From Trichoplax adhaerens (taxonomy: Eukaryota > Animalia > Placozoa), in NCBI RefSeq assembly GCF_000150275.1, contig NW_002060963.1, forward strand, positions 917,284-981,283: DNA of 64,000 nt. Reading direction: 5' to 3'. Both the position numbers and the translations under genes were made by a program. Below are positions 1 through 14,338 of this stretch, piece by piece. The number at the start of each line of letters is the position of its first letter. Within the stretch, counting starts at the first letter, position 1. Under the pieces are notes generated by a model. It searched no databases, was not told the origin of the DNA, and saw only the letters and a program-made list of their open reading frames with translations.

Positions 1-24
1 TTTAGCTACTGTTTGATTATTATT

Positions 25-2667
25 CTACGCCATAATGCTGTACATGATGAGCATTTTTTCCTTTTTTTTTTGAACCATGTTATGGTATAGCATCACGGAT
101 GAGAAAGCCATAGACAGCTTTGAAATTCCATAGAAGAAAAATAGATTATAGTAGACACAAACAATAGTATAGACGGAAGGATAGGTTAAAGCCGACTTTA
201 TATATAGAACTGCATATAATAGTCTAGTAGCAATTGAAAAGTTAGCTATGGGTATATCGATAGGTGTATCTTCTATCATCGATTGTATAGTTATACATGC
301 ATACAGTATTGTAAACGGGACAATCTCAACGATCAAGAAAGCCAATAATAACAGACTATCCAGTTTTCTATCGTTTATTATTACCGTTAAAATGAATTAT
401 TTTTAGCATTATAATTGCTGGAATACACCTGGAATTTTAGGCTTGTGATTTGTAATAGATAATTTCAAATTTGGTTAATACCATTAATACTAAAATTATC
501 CTTAACTTGATTGGGTTATAATGATAAAGATAACAGTAGCGCTTATTAGTAGTGGACCCAGGTTATAAAATGTCAATAAAGGATAGAAAAATGGAAACTT
601 TTCATCGCTGACTTATCTCCTAAGAGTGTCCGATACCTACAAAAGCAATCCCGTAATTCTAAATGTTTATTAGGATTCGTCATAATCAATTTTTTCTTAA
701 TCCTATTATCATGTCAATTAAAATCAAGAAAATAATAGCCAATGACTTAACTAGAAGAACAATTCGTATCAATGTTTAGATCCAATAGAATGTTTTAGAA
801 ATTATAAGAAAATTAAAATATAATATTTTACCCATATTACACCTTACACCGTCTTAGAAGACATTGATCTACAGTACAACTGTAATGACCAAGAAATTAG
901 AAATCGAAAGATTTTTTTCAATGAAATGAATTATTCCAACAATATGTTTTGTAGATAATATAATCAGGAGTCTCGTTAAAAAGAGAATCAAAATATTAAT
1001 TGCCACTGCTTAGGCACTATGGAGTAACTTTGTCTAAATACAAAATAAAAAATGAGCTGATTTACATTATTTGCTTTACAGACTAATACCATCTGTACTT
1101 AAAAAGTCGTCGAAATAGAAGGAAAAAATTTGAAAAAATGATGGATAAATTGAACTTTTTTATCGCTATTAATATAAAAATTAAAATAGGCTATTTGACC
1201 AATAGGAGATAGATCGAGTATATACTTTTAATCTAATATAAACTATTGATGCAATTTATAAAATGATGCTTCCTTTCCTTCATTATTTGCCCTATTACTC
1301 CTAGACTGCTGAAAAAATTTTCACTTTGGGGAAGAGGGATGCACCAAATTTTTAGAAATTTTATTCATTTATGCAATTGTACATCTTATAACAAAGAGAT
1401 TAAAGAAACCGAAATATCCTGTTATTAATGATTGACATCTGCAGCATCAGCTAGCAATAAATGACAGACTGTTAGCGAAAGATATTTTCTTGGTCTATAA
1501 ATCATTTCAATTGTTCTACGAAATATCCTACTGTTATACATTATGTCTAAATACAGTATACGCGTATATCTGCATAAGTTTAAATGGAAAAGCGATAATT
1601 GGTCAACAAAATACGATACCAAAACTTCCTACTATAATTTCATTATGGAAATAAATGACGTAACTTAATACTACAGATGCCAACTGTTCCTTGCCTAATA
1701 GAATCCATACCAGTGATAATTGAATCAAGTTTAGAGCATTGACACTATATTCTACATTATTTTCCTCTTTTCCATTCACTTATAGTAGGCCCAATTGGTT
1801 GCATAATAGAATTGAACAACTATGGTAATATTCATCTTCTGAATAAGAGTTTTGACTCAATTGTGGAAGTACATGGTAAAGTATATATCTGCATATTTTT
1901 AAATACAAAAGCGATAATCAGTCTACAAAATATGACAGTAGAATTTCCTTCTATAAATTTATTATGAAAAATAAGTAACGTGACTCTGTGCTATCGATAC
2001 TAGTTTTTCTTGCCTGATAGAATCCATATCAGTGATAATTAAATCAAGTAGAGCATTGACACTCCATTCTATATTATTTTCCATCACTTTCCATCCCTTT
2101 CCAATTGATTGCGTAATACGCATTATTAAGCATCTATGGTAATATGCATAATCTTCTACTTAAGACGTTCCTGCTCATTTGCTGAAGTTTACGTGATGCA
2201 TACCCGTAGTTTTTCCAAGCGACTATTTTGATGAAGCAAAGATAATCCTTTGTACATACTACTCTAGACTGGTATGCAAATTGCATACAACAAGATTGAT
2301 CATGAATAGATTAATAAATTTGTAACGAAAAAAAATGAGTAATAGAATTCGATATACTTCAACCAATTGAAGATCTTAATTGCATCCATATCGAATTATA
2401 CAGCAACTGCTAGTTGCAATTAGTCTTTAACAGTGAATGAAGTACGATAAATACCCTACTATGGCTCATTTTACTCAAAACAGTGTGTTAGACGTTAAAA
2501 TAATTAAACGTCAGAAGTGACTAGTTGCTAATTACAACACATGTTTACATCAATAGCTTCGAAATTTTTGTTACGCTGTCCTATCTCACTATATATATAC
2601 ATACTGATATAATCAATAGTTCTTACCAAGCCCAAATGATGTAAATGAGCAAAAATGTTGCAAGCAT
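25..2667 (-). pseudogene. Probable decayed multi-exon membrane receptor gene (possibly LRR-GPCR-like)
   Basis: Signal-peptide-like exon MLATFLLIYIIWA|gtaag (2627-2667); Cys-rich segments with an in-frame stop (LIATSSCCIIRYGCN*; VVCTKDYL); two duplicated segments with weak LRR-like spacing (1565-2095); hydrophobic multi-TM-like ORF 25-345. No intact spliced frame could be built. Confidence 0.3.
1565..2095. repeat. Diverged tandem duplication, two copies of ~325 bp
   Basis: ATATCTGCATA...AAAAGCGATAAT...TTGCCT(A/G)ATAGAATCCATA(C/T)CAGTGATAATT...AGAGCATTGACACT occurs at ~1565-1780 and again at ~1885-2095. Confidence 0.8.
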
Positions 2668-4277
2668 TTTTACTGTATTGTACAAGATGCACCATTTTGG
2701 CAAGAAAGAGGTAATAATATAGTTATAATTGACGAAATTGAAACGATAACCGCCATAGCCTAATAAAGTATCATGAAATAATTGTTATAAAATAATTATT
2801 ATCATTTTTGACGTCATTTCCTAATAAATGATTTGATAATTTTCTCTTTAGTATTGTCTGTCAATGCCATCTTTTCATACTTATCGTCCAGTTACGTCAA
2901 ATAGCGATTATGTAATATATAAAATTTATCACTAATCGGTTTATTCGTTTTAATAGACTCATCATAAAATTTATGCATTCGATATACGAAGATGCATAAA
3001 AAAGTACGTCATATACTTGTCAATTAAAGAGTTTTCATTTATTATATGAAATTCTACAACTAGCCAATGTATTCACATTAATACAAATTAATCACGAAAT
3101 TTACAGATCTGATGAGCGAATACAAGCACAAATTACGACATAAATTTATCCATTATCAGAATGATAATTATAACATTGTGAGAGTCTCCATTCGTTCTAT
3201 AAAAATTTTCATTACTAAGTTGTTTTTTCCATTTTAACACAAGTTGAAGGTGAAATTTATAGATCTGATGAGTCAATGTAGAGAAAAAGTACAGCATAAG
3301 GTAGATATGTTATTATTTTGATGATGATGCTAGGTAAGACCCTTCATTTATCTTTTTAGATACTAGACGCATCTGTACTATCGATAAATAATGACCTTAT
3401 ATTCGATAAAAAAAAAAACGCCGTAATCACAACAAAAAGACGATAAACTTTTGTAAGATCGTAAGGAAATTGAAGATACTTACGCGTCTATTGCACACCC
3501 TAAGATCGTCGATTTATTGAAAATCTAGTACAAAGCAGTCGCTATTAACTGTTAATAAAATCTTAAGAAATATCAGCTGATATTGCAATAGCCACATTTA
3601 GTAACTTAATTGGTTTTTAAACTATTTAAATAATCAAATTCTGTTGCAAAATTATTATAACTCTCTTTTATGATGTAGTAGTGATTTTATTTATTTACTG
3701 TTATACCTGTCGTGCAGTATGTCTATGTACAGCATTTACGCTAAATGCTTCAATCTTTTCGAAGCATTTTGCAATACCTTATATAAACATAAGAATAACA
3801 CTTGTGGTATAGGCATGCATCATGATACTTTAGTCAGGCATTTGAAGACGAGAACAGAGCAATAGACAAAGTAGATAGAATGCATTATACTGTTGACAGG
3901 AAAATAATTATACGTATATAATTAATTACTGTTAATAAGCCTCAATACAAGAAATACATTCAAAAACCCTTTATTGATTATACGTATCGATCTGTAATAA
4001 GTTTACATAATACGACAAAAACAAATGATCCAAGAGAACGATAGCGATATCGATATTTGATTATAGAGTCTATTTAATCCTTTAACATATCTGAGATAAA
4101 AGTATCAGGAAAGATTTGTTACATGACTGTGTTAGCGTAACTGTATTCTCTACATTAAAAATTGTAATTATTATCATCGCCTTCTAAAATCATCCTCACT
4201 AACAAGTTATTGCAAACCAAGAATCGGATATATATTTTTGGTTGCTAAAATTTAAAGATTAATATGGATTAATTAAA

Positions 4278-7200
4278 TTAATTTAACTCAGGTTCTTCGC
4301 CTAATCGCTTTTTGATCCGTAATAGTAATGTCGTGGTCCATTGGTCAAGGCGTGATATTTTATCATAATCTTTGATCTGTAAAGAGCGGTATTACATTTG
4401 ACAGTTAGCAGCTTAGCAAAAAGCAATTTATTGATATAAAGTTATCAAGTGTTAAGGATTGTAAGTAGCTGATACGACAAAAAAGCCCTTTTGCATACCA
4501 TGTTGCGTTAGACAGTAATAATTACTTACGTGATCAGTAAATTCATCAACATTTTCTTCTTCACCAGCACAAATAAGTTTCTTTGATAAATTAGATAACA
4601 AAATTAACTATTAGCATAAATCAGGTGGATTAATCCGGGACATTAAAAGACAGAAATTGGTAGCTTTTCTTCATTCCATCATTTTTTGCCGAGCATACCA
4701 ACCTCAATTAATTTGCATTCTCTAGAGTCTTGAAACGCTGGATACATTCCACAATATTTTTCAGCCGCATGCTATGTAAAATGTAATTTTGAATTTTAAC
4801 CAGTACGTACAGACAGTAGTTATAACGAATTGCTTCCTACCTTAGCATCCAGAAAATCTTGGCACATATGACATAAGGAGGCTTTGAAGAAGTACTCCTT
4901 GCAGCTATATTTTAATAAAGTATTTTCCAGGCTAGCAGCCGCTACCTATGATTGAAACTTGAAATTATTACGATGATATCTAACACAATACATGATATGC
5001 CATTTCGACATTCAGAACTAATGATGTCTTGTACAGTAGTTTATGATAATAAATCAACCGTAAATATGCTCAACATTTCTTAAGGTAAGATGAATAATTT
5101 AAAAATAAGCCATACAAATCGTAATAATCTTCAAAATTTTATACACTACTACACCAAATAATAACGGATTAATAAACCATGGTTACAATATCTATAAATT
5201 ATCGTTGATAACGATTAAATTAATTAGCCTTTTATCAAATATCATACTAATTCAATTAGATTTATATCTCAATACAACCACACATCCATTAAAAGTATGT
5301 GCGATAACAGGAACTACAGCTTTTTATTATATCAAAATTACTGACCTCTTCGTATATCTCAATAGCCTTTCGATAATCTTCTAATTGAGCTGCATACATA
5401 GCTACGCGAAGTAGGCACTTGTTTGCTGAACTAGTCGTTATGATATTTCAACATGGGTATTAATTTATTATAGAATTTACACCGAGTCTTTACTGTACTC
5501 AGGCAGTTGTATTAAAAATGCTGTTTGTCTAGTTTTAAACGGTTTTCGATAGGTACATGGTTAGAAACATACATCGCTTGACAACGAGAGATACACACCT
5601 GGTTGAATCTTCTCCTCTGTAATAATCTGCTGCTTTTTCATAATTTGCCATTGCCTACGAAAGCATGGTTATTTACTAACAAATCGTATATATTGCGCTA
5701 TGACATAGATGGTTGATGACTTCGAATTAGCATAAGTTCATATCTATTTTGAAAATTACGTAGCGAAAATAAGTTATGGCAACGCGAAATCAAACCTTGT
5801 CTACTTCCGTTAGTTCATTTTCGTAAATCTCAGCAATTGATATGTGATGCTTTGCAGCGATACTGAATCTTCCCTGGATGCCATATAGTGAACAAATATT
5901 TATTATACTGCGGGGTATACGATGATATGTTGTACATACTACTGATATTATTTATAATTACTATGATTTGAATGATAATTTTCTTATTGCTTTCGCTTTC
6001 TGTTGCAATTATTATAAATAATATTATTTACCATGTCCGTAAAGATTTCGACGGCTTTATTAAGAGATTCGATAGCCTCTGTTGGAAGATAATCAACATA
6101 AGATCGTACGTATGTTATGAGAAAGGTATTTGCAATATAGCTGTAGATAACAAATTAGCCAAGCGTACATACTTTCAGGTTCAGATTTCTTAAAACATGT
6201 TGCAGCATCTACGAAGAAGGATGCAGCCTCATGCCGACTTTGAAGATGGATTTTGAGCCGTGCAGCTTCGCAAAATGCTCCAGCGGCCTCTGTAAAGGTA
6301 ATATTACCAAGCACATAGAGGTTATATATCTCTAGTGACTTTAGTGCCATATAGATTCAATCAGGTTGCATAGCAAAATATTGTATTACTGATGTAATTT
6401 GATCTAGCAGAAACAATTTAATATAGATGAGCATATTTTGCCAGGCTTACCGCTCCATTTCTTGGCCATTTTGAATGAATTGCCAGCGCGTTGATATAAG
6501 TCACAGGCATCTTCCAATTTTGAAGTAGCTCCTCCTCTGTATTTGAAATGAAGTTGAAGACATTAATGATAGAGCCCAGTGAAAAGCAGTAAGCACATAT
6601 GTTGTATTTTAAAATTAAGATTTATAAGTGGATTTGAAGGATTTAACGGTAAAAATGCTTTTAAAACTGAGAGAATGACAGTTTAACTTTAAGAATAGAG
6701 GCTGAGATGGAAAAGCTGATGTAGATGTTTAATTTTCAGCAAATTACATTTCTATAGTTAAGTTTGTAATAATAAATACTGTACCAGTAGTTATTTTAAC
6801 GCAAAGAATAATATCTATGCTGTGTTGAAGTTAGCAAAACTGTCCTTCTGCCATTGTAGCGAATACGCATAATTTAAATAAGGTATGAGTATAGTAAGTA
6901 CGCAAATAACGCTCTCAAAGTTTTACCAGCCTATATTTACTTCGTTATACTCGCATAATGCCAATGAAAATGTTATAGCATCATTAATCATTTCACCTTT
7001 CATTTATATTTGATGAATAGAGTATCAACCTTTAACAAGCAAGTATACGTGACAATGAATTAAGAAATACTTGTACTGTCAATTGTGCTGCATATATTAA
7101 CTTGTTAGCAACGGTAAGTTCATATGGGCGGCGAAAACCCAGCGTCGAATCAAGAACTAGACCTATTTGGTCAAATCCTTTCCAAAACTCGACGCTGGTC

Positions 7201-10200
7201 TCCCAAAATATAAAATTTAAGCAAAACCTTGTGTGTAAATATATTAGATCATTTCGTATTATTCTTTTAATAAAATAAGATTAAAGAGTCTAATGTCATT
7301 AAGGAAAATCATCCATTCACAAAATCTACTTGCAATTTTAATTGACAGTGTGGTTGTCCTGTTCAATATCTGAAATTTTCCTCTTGAGCTAATGTTATGT
7401 TATGCTTACAAATGCGAAATATTTGTGCAATAATAGTCACGCACAGCATTCGAAAGGGAGTTTTCTAATCTTACATAATAATATATAAGTCCTCAATATC
7501 ATTAGTAATTAGTAGGATACCTGCTACAAAACACGCAGTTATTCGTCGTTTACACCGTTGCAGTACACTTGTACAGAATCATTTTAATCACGTTAGCCAA
7601 AAGCTTACCTATGGCATTAAAATTTAGGAACAATAGCATGATAATTGCACGCATCCAATTAAGAATCAAGAAGAAGGTGGCATTAAAATAAAGCGACAAG
7701 CCGGTTACCCCCTGGAGTAAAAGACTATGGCTAATAAACTCTAGTACAAAATTGAGTATCTATCATAATTAATTGGTAAGTTAATGGCAGTCATTAGTCA
7801 ATCCTAATTACCCTATGTCGTAAGGACATAAAATATCAATATTCAGATTTTATTGAAAAAGTAGCTTAGCGACTCTATCCGGAGCAGAATTGTTGGCATC
7901 CCAAGTTAGAAATGTGATTGATCGCTAAGCTTCTTGAACTGTGCCGTCCGTAAACGTAATCATAACTCAAAATATACTATACAACTTGAATATTGTCTTT
8001 ACTAAAGGAAGATAAACTAGATTGGAGTCTAAGAGGGTGCAATTATTCCATCACTGCGAGGGTATACACTTTAAAAGATCGATTGATGATGATATAGCTA
8101 GTTCTATTTTCACGGTCAACAAACAGGGTGTACAGTTGCAAGCTACTTATTATTCGTTGGAGGCAAGACAGTAGAATGAATACAGTAATCAAAAGATTAG
8201 GTCGCAAAAAGAAGGACATAAATGGGTTTAAGTTACCTGGTAAACAAGCAATATAATTCAAAATTATTCATCAACATTGAATCCGCAGTGACTTTTTTCA
8301 ATGCAGTGTGACTACCGTATACGGGACTAAATTACGGTCAATTATAAAACTCTTGATGAAGGGTAACAAGGAATTAAGGTACGTTGACCATCATCTATTC
8401 ATTGTTAAAGTTGGAAAACTTTTCTACGAATTACCTGGACTACAAAATAGCTTGAAAAGTCCACTAACAATCGCTATTTTAATGATTGCCCGTGAATGCA
8501 CGTAGTCAATTGTAAATTGGATAATGTACGCTACCCTATGCAATGATAAACGCCTACCAGAAACTAGCGTTATTTGGGTTTTCAAATTGTACGGTAGCTA
8601 TATGAAATGATCATCTCTAATTCTCAATACAAGGATAAGCTTGATTCCAACATCATAGGCTATATACTACAGCTTCATGAAATTTTATGCCATGATGTCT
8701 AGCGAATCTTGTTGTGTTCACAAGCTGAGGATAGTTTTACGATCTATTGTCCTATGTATCGAATGCTTACTTCAATAACGAGAATGAAATTGCCGTCAGT
8801 GTTTGTTTTAAAGAGTCTCGATGGAATCGGTAGAAAGACTGTGTAGGGTGGAATAACGTTTTACGATCTATCGTCGTATTTATGGAATACTAATTTTCAT
8901 AGTAAGAATGAAATGATCGATAGTGTTTATGTTTTCAAGAGCGTAAATGGAATTGGTCGAAAGCCTGCGTCGAGCCAAATGATGATTTACGATCTGTTGT
9001 CCTTCTTTTTATCCAATGCTTCTTTCCATAACGAGAATGATGATCGATAGCGCTTATGTTTTAAAGAGTCTCGATGGAATCGGTAGAAAGCTTGTGTAGA
9101 AGAGTAGAGCCGAATGATGTTTTACAATCGATCGTCCTATTTATCCAATGCTTATTTCCATCATGAGAATGAAATGATGGATGGTGTTTATGTTTTACAA
9201 GAGTCTATATAGAGTCGGCAGAGAGCCTGTGTCGAACAGTAGAGCCGATGTTTACAATCGATCGTCCTATTTAGCTAATGGTTATTTCCATAACAAGAAT
9301 GAAATCAGCATCGATGGTGTGTACTCGTATGTTGGAAAGGAATGGAAATGGAATCGGTCGAAAGTTTGTGTTGTGCAGTCGAGTCAAATGATGGAAAGTA
9401 GCACCCAGTTTAGAAGATTGTTCCATCAGCAATAAGAATCTTAGCGAACGGATGATGATCGTTTTGTAGAGTACAACTCTATTCGAGTCAAGCCGTCAAG
9501 TATCCAAGAAAATGGTCATAACTCTATTGCATGGAAGACCATTTCTAAACGACTACAACGACTAGACATTTATGCAATCGTTTCCCGTGTTGTTTTGTTC
9601 GATCGCTCGACTAGCTCATCTGCCATTTTATTGGAAAGCAAGTTAGTGACATTGAAAAGACTAGAATCATTCATTACACAATTATGATGGCCGTTGTAGT
9701 TACATGAATAATTCAAAATTCAAAATGGATACATGATGAAGAAGATGCTCTCCCGTTGTACATGACTGTAGTTTTGTTTAACTTGTAGTACAGTGAAGAA
9801 AGTGCTACGATACCGCTTGTATTTACATAAGAAAAACTAGGAAGAAATGTTGTAAAATGGAATAAATTATGATCATGTTGACGATGTATGACGGTCAGAC
9901 AAGATACAAGTAGAAATAGACGATTGGAATGCGTTCGATACTATTATCCCTGTTACTTGCATGACTTTTATGTAGAGAGCAATTTATCCTTTCTTTACAA
10001 AAGCATCCAATCTACTCATAATCCATCCAAGTTTGACATGATATGAGTAGAAATGAACGTGGAGAAGGAGTTTTTGAATGATGATGATACCTATCTCCAT
10101 TCGTCTTTGCGTACAACTAGCCAAATAACACGTTCAACACGTATAAATCTCTATCCAATGAACAGTAAGACGCTATCATTACCCGAAAATGCTGCCAAAA

Positions 10201-10277
10201 AATCCTTGCGAAGACTTCTCTCTCTTTTGAGCTTGAGCAACAAACTCGAAACCCTTTTGCTCATTGACATCAGCCAT
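4278..10277 (-). CDS. NAPA: Alpha-soluble NSF attachment protein (alpha-SNAP), 11 exons
   Basis: Exon 1 10183-10277 [32 protein letters not shown]; 3.6-kb intron; then [123 protein letters not shown], and last exon [32 protein letters not shown] (stop 4278). GT-AG boundaries with consistent phases. Confidence 0.96.
8735..9390. repeat. Minisatellite, ~5 copies of a 124-134 bp unit in NAPA intron 1
   Basis: Unit TTTAC(G/A)ATC..TCGTCCTATTTATC.AATGCTTATTTCCATAACGAGAATGAAATGAT..ATAGTGTTTATGTTTT.AAGAGTCTCGATGGAATCGGTAGAAAG starts near 8735, 8859, 8986, 9120 and 9250. Confidence 0.92.
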
Positions 10278-10796
10278 TTTGGAAAAGATTGCAGTCAAAA
10301 CCTGTCCACTCTTGTGGTAGTGTTGGAGGTTAATTGGAGTCAGATCCTGGTTTGCTGGTGCTTGATTGCCACCGCTGGAAACGTTATACTGAATCTTGTT
10401 TGTATCGCGGTGTATGGGAAGGTGGATAGAGAGAGTACATCACGCGTACTGTAGCACTGGTTAGCTACTGTAGGCTTTGTCGTAATATGGTCGCATTCAG
10501 TACTTTATAGCCTATAATAATCCATTTCATTTCTACACCATGTTGATTTAGTACCAACTGCATACAGTGCATGGACCGAGGACGACCGATTGATATTGTA
10601 GACAATGTACTGTAGAACAAGAAGGATTGGACGATCCATTGGTCAAGACTACACCGCAGTCAGTAGCGAATGCTCTATACTGTCTCTATAAAATTCAACG
10701 ACGACGTGGGTCAAGACGAAAAAGCAACATGATTTTGGGGTTAATTTCGTGGAAATCTTGTCCATTTCCTCCTTTAGCCAGGCAAAAAGATGAAAA

Positions 10797-11245
10797 AGAT
10801 CAAGCAATATCCCTACTATACGCTGTTTAGGTTATTCTATTGTAGATTGGGCATGTTTTAATGTACCTTAGATACTGTAGAAAGGGTAAAAACAAGACTA
10901 AAATGAAGGTTGCTAGCTCTGTTATTAGCCATCGTTGCTAACCAGGTTGCCATGATGTCATATTCTACATCATACCGAAAGACTGATGCTGTCATATTCT
11001 ATTTTTATAATCTCGTCAAGATCAAGCAATATCCCTACTATACGCTATTTAGGTTATTCTATTGTAGGTTGGGCATGTTTCAATGTACCTTAGATACTGT
11101 AGAAAGGGTAAAAACAAGACTAAAATGAAGGTTGCTAGCTCTGTTATTAGTCATCGTTGCTAGCCAGGTTGCCATGATATCCTATTCTACATCATACGGA
11201 ATTAACTGATGCTGTCATATTCTACAGTATTTTTAGAATCTCGTC
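10797..11245. repeat. Near-identical tandem duplication, two copies of ~222 bp
   Basis: AGATCAAGCAATATCCCTACTATACGCT...GTTGCCATGAT...ACTGATGCTGTCATATTCTA...AATCTCGTC at 10797-11017 and 11019-11245, with few mismatches. Confidence 0.95.
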
Positions 11246-11702
11246 TACAGTAGTGGGCAAATGGATGCCAAGCCATCTAGTCCCGATTAATACACCATCG
11301 CTAGCGCATGAATGACAGCACTGATCGAAAGGGAATCGATACGATTGATTGATTCTAGTACAAATTATGATGAAATTGGATTGATGAGACTACAATAACT
11401 GTTACGGAATGCTCAATGCGATGACATAGAAGTGGATAGAACTTGATATTCAAGCCAAGCTGGTTTGCATAAATTAAATCCAGACTCTAAGGAAGTGTCT
11501 ACAATACTGTATAACAGCATAATATGCTCTCCATAGGGTCCTTGGAATAGCCGATGGACAGTAAAATGAATATAAACCAGCATACTGGTACTACTATACT
11601 GTAGTACTATAGTGTACTGGACTGTAATGATGATGACTGGGCTGGTGCAAAAGTTCTCATACTCACTGCAATTAATTTTGATGCACGACGAGAGCTCCAG
11701 GT

Positions 11703-13872
11703 ATGGAGCTCGATTTTAACCAATTGTCTATCCGGGAAGCCAAGGATATCATTGAAAAGCTCAAAAAGGAATGCAATAAACTGGATCAACATTTACAATT
11801 GGTAATACATCTACTAGGCGATGCAGTATATCGTGCCATTGCTCTACTCTACTCATCATGACCGTCATATAGCTGTACTCCACAGCCAGTCAGCTACAGC
11901 TTACTACCCGGATTTTAGAAATTGCAACAGTGTAACCTTAGTCACTGGTCGATGATCGTATGTTATCCTGCAGAGTAGTCCACAACTGTGCCTTGATGCA
12001 TCCTTATCAAGGAATAAACTCTAGCTTCGTTGCTATAACTTAATACAACATAGTACTATCACTGATGAAAATAATTGTAAACAAGTCGTCGTAATACGAG
12101 TGATTGATTAGCGATGAAATTGCGTTTTGAATAATATGTTGCTGTAATAACGCTTCTAATTTATACCATAATTACAGCTAACTTGGGTAGAAGATTGCTA
12201 TCAAGAGAAGAAACGAATCATCAGCAAAGAGAACCAATCTCTACATACACAACTTCTATCAAACACTGCAATAAACGATGATGATAATGAAAGGTGCATT
12301 ATCCCTTGCTTGACGTCAAAAGATATTCAGCCTTTCAATAAACACTAGATAGTTTCGTCAATGTTAATAGTAACTCCTCTATGATAGCAGCTTAAATGAA
12401 TTCTGTCGTAATATAATATATATACAGTCCATGATACAGTACTGTACATCAAAAATAAGATCAAATTTTTGTTTCCCTTGCAAAATGCATTAACACCTGA
12501 AATGGGACATAGCCTACCACTACTGAGTAGTTAGCTGTAGAATGCAACCTTGATACGCGTAGTACTGTTGCAGTCCTTCAACGAAGGTTTGTAATCTCTG
12601 CTAGAGTCAAACACTCAATATTAGATGGATACTTGCAAGCGCTAGAAATTTTAATTACAGTTAGGTTATAGTCATCATGTTGGATGCAAATAGATATATC
12701 TACACTAGACAATATATCTATGCGGATATCAATTTTAAGATAGGCTATCTATGCGTATATAGGTTGCGTGAAATATATGATGTTATGGTTCGAAATTATC
12801 GTCTGGAACAAACGGTATCGGAGATGAAAAAGGTCTTAATTCATTCTCAATTGAGTAAGGAAATTTCATTGTTAGGTCAAGCGATGAAGGAAAGTAAGTA
12901 AATAAATAAATACTTTTAATACGACCTCACGTAGAATTTATTGGTCCAATAGTAAATGATTTTCAATCAATAGACACGCTTTGCTGTATATCATTAACAT
13001 TCCATTCTACATAATCGATATACGTATACTCAATACGGTAATAATATACTCGTATTTCATATTATGAACGCTATTTTTAATAATACACGAGATCAAAGCT
13101 GCTAGTTTACAAATGACTTCTTGCTATCATGAATAAATGATGTCATAACTTAGCTTTAGCTTACATGCGGTACATCCTATCAATCCTTAGCTACAGAGAC
13201 TTTTTCTATGGGGGAAATGAACGCTATGACCTTGTTGCAATCGTGGTATTGGATGATAATAGCATATGATCGTGGCCAACATGACATTGGTCAGTTCGTA
13301 GTATAAACGTAGTGAATAGTCTATGGATACTCTGTTCTTATTGCGAGTGTTTTTATGATGTGCGAGATGACTTATGCAAGTGCTATTCGGTTGATTTAGT
13401 ATCAGATTCACCAAGTGGCAATTCCACTATACAAGACAAATTGTTTTATTACGTCAGCCACCATGTGCAAAGTAAACCTTTACAAAGCGATAGAACGATG
13501 CGAAGCGAAACTTCACCCTTTCTTAGCGAGCTGTCTTTCACTACTAGGCGAAATGGAATTTGCATAGGTATAACATTGCGATGCCCAAATTTACCAAGGT
13601 AACAAATTAGTATTTATGTATATTATACAGCACTTGATACATTTACTCGAAAACAAGAGGTGATACAAGACAACTAATACTAACTCATCTTTTCGTATTA
13701 TAGACAGGCAATAACTGCTGATCATGAAGGATTTATATCTGTATCTTCTGACCTTCCTGTACCAAATATTGGCGAACAAGGAAAGGCATATTTATTAGCA
13801 GGAAAAAATCCGGCAACCTTTATACAAGACATTATCTGGGATTGGATTGATAAAGTGAAAATGACTACTTAA
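11703..13872 (+). CDS. Uncharacterised protein with N-terminal coiled coil (~6 exons)
   Basis: Phase-consistent GT-AG exons: 11703-11801 MELDFNQLSIREAKDIIEKLKKECNKLDQHLQL; ~12178-12293 LTWVEDCYQEKKRIISKENQSLHTQLL..ER; ~12763-12892 LREIYDVMVRNYRLEQTVSEMKK..; ~13197-13290; ~13406-13598; ~13704-13872 ending DIIWDWIDKVKMTT*. The first three exons are well supported, the 3' exons less so. Confidence 0.55.
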
Positions 13873-14338
13873 ATAATTAATTGAACAAATAGCCTTCTGT
13901 TGATCTCCAACCTATACTTTACTTATCATGACGAAGGAATGTAGTCTACTCGTTGGATTGAAACATAAGTTGATTATCTTCCAGTGCAACATAAAACGGT
14001 ATGCAGTTTTATTCTCTTCGATATACCGATTCTTGCATGCCTTCTAACGGAAGACAAAGGTATAAAGCATGTATGTAACAATACCAGATAGGCCACGAGT
14101 TATTTTTGTGCTCATGGCTGATACATGTATCATGATGCAGAGTTAAAACAGAGAATAAGAAAAAATATCATAACAAGTACAATTGTACATCAGGTTTACA
14201 TTGCTAATGTGATAACGTCAAGGTAAAGGAAATATACCATTATTACGGCATTGCTATTAGAGATTTGCTAAATCGTCATGCATTGAGAGGAATTGATGTC
14301 AATATATGGAGTATATTCGTATGTATAACATAATTAGA

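Noticed and set aside
3095-3310. Two copies of GAAATTTA(C/T)AGATCTGATGAG resembling a hammerhead ribozyme core (CUGAUGA)
   Set aside because: No properly closed stem II followed by CGAAA and no pairing stems I/III; best read as a short diverged duplication.
10053-10454. 133-aa + strand ORF
   Set aside because: Antisense shadow of NAPA exon 1 and its 5' region; no recognisable protein features.
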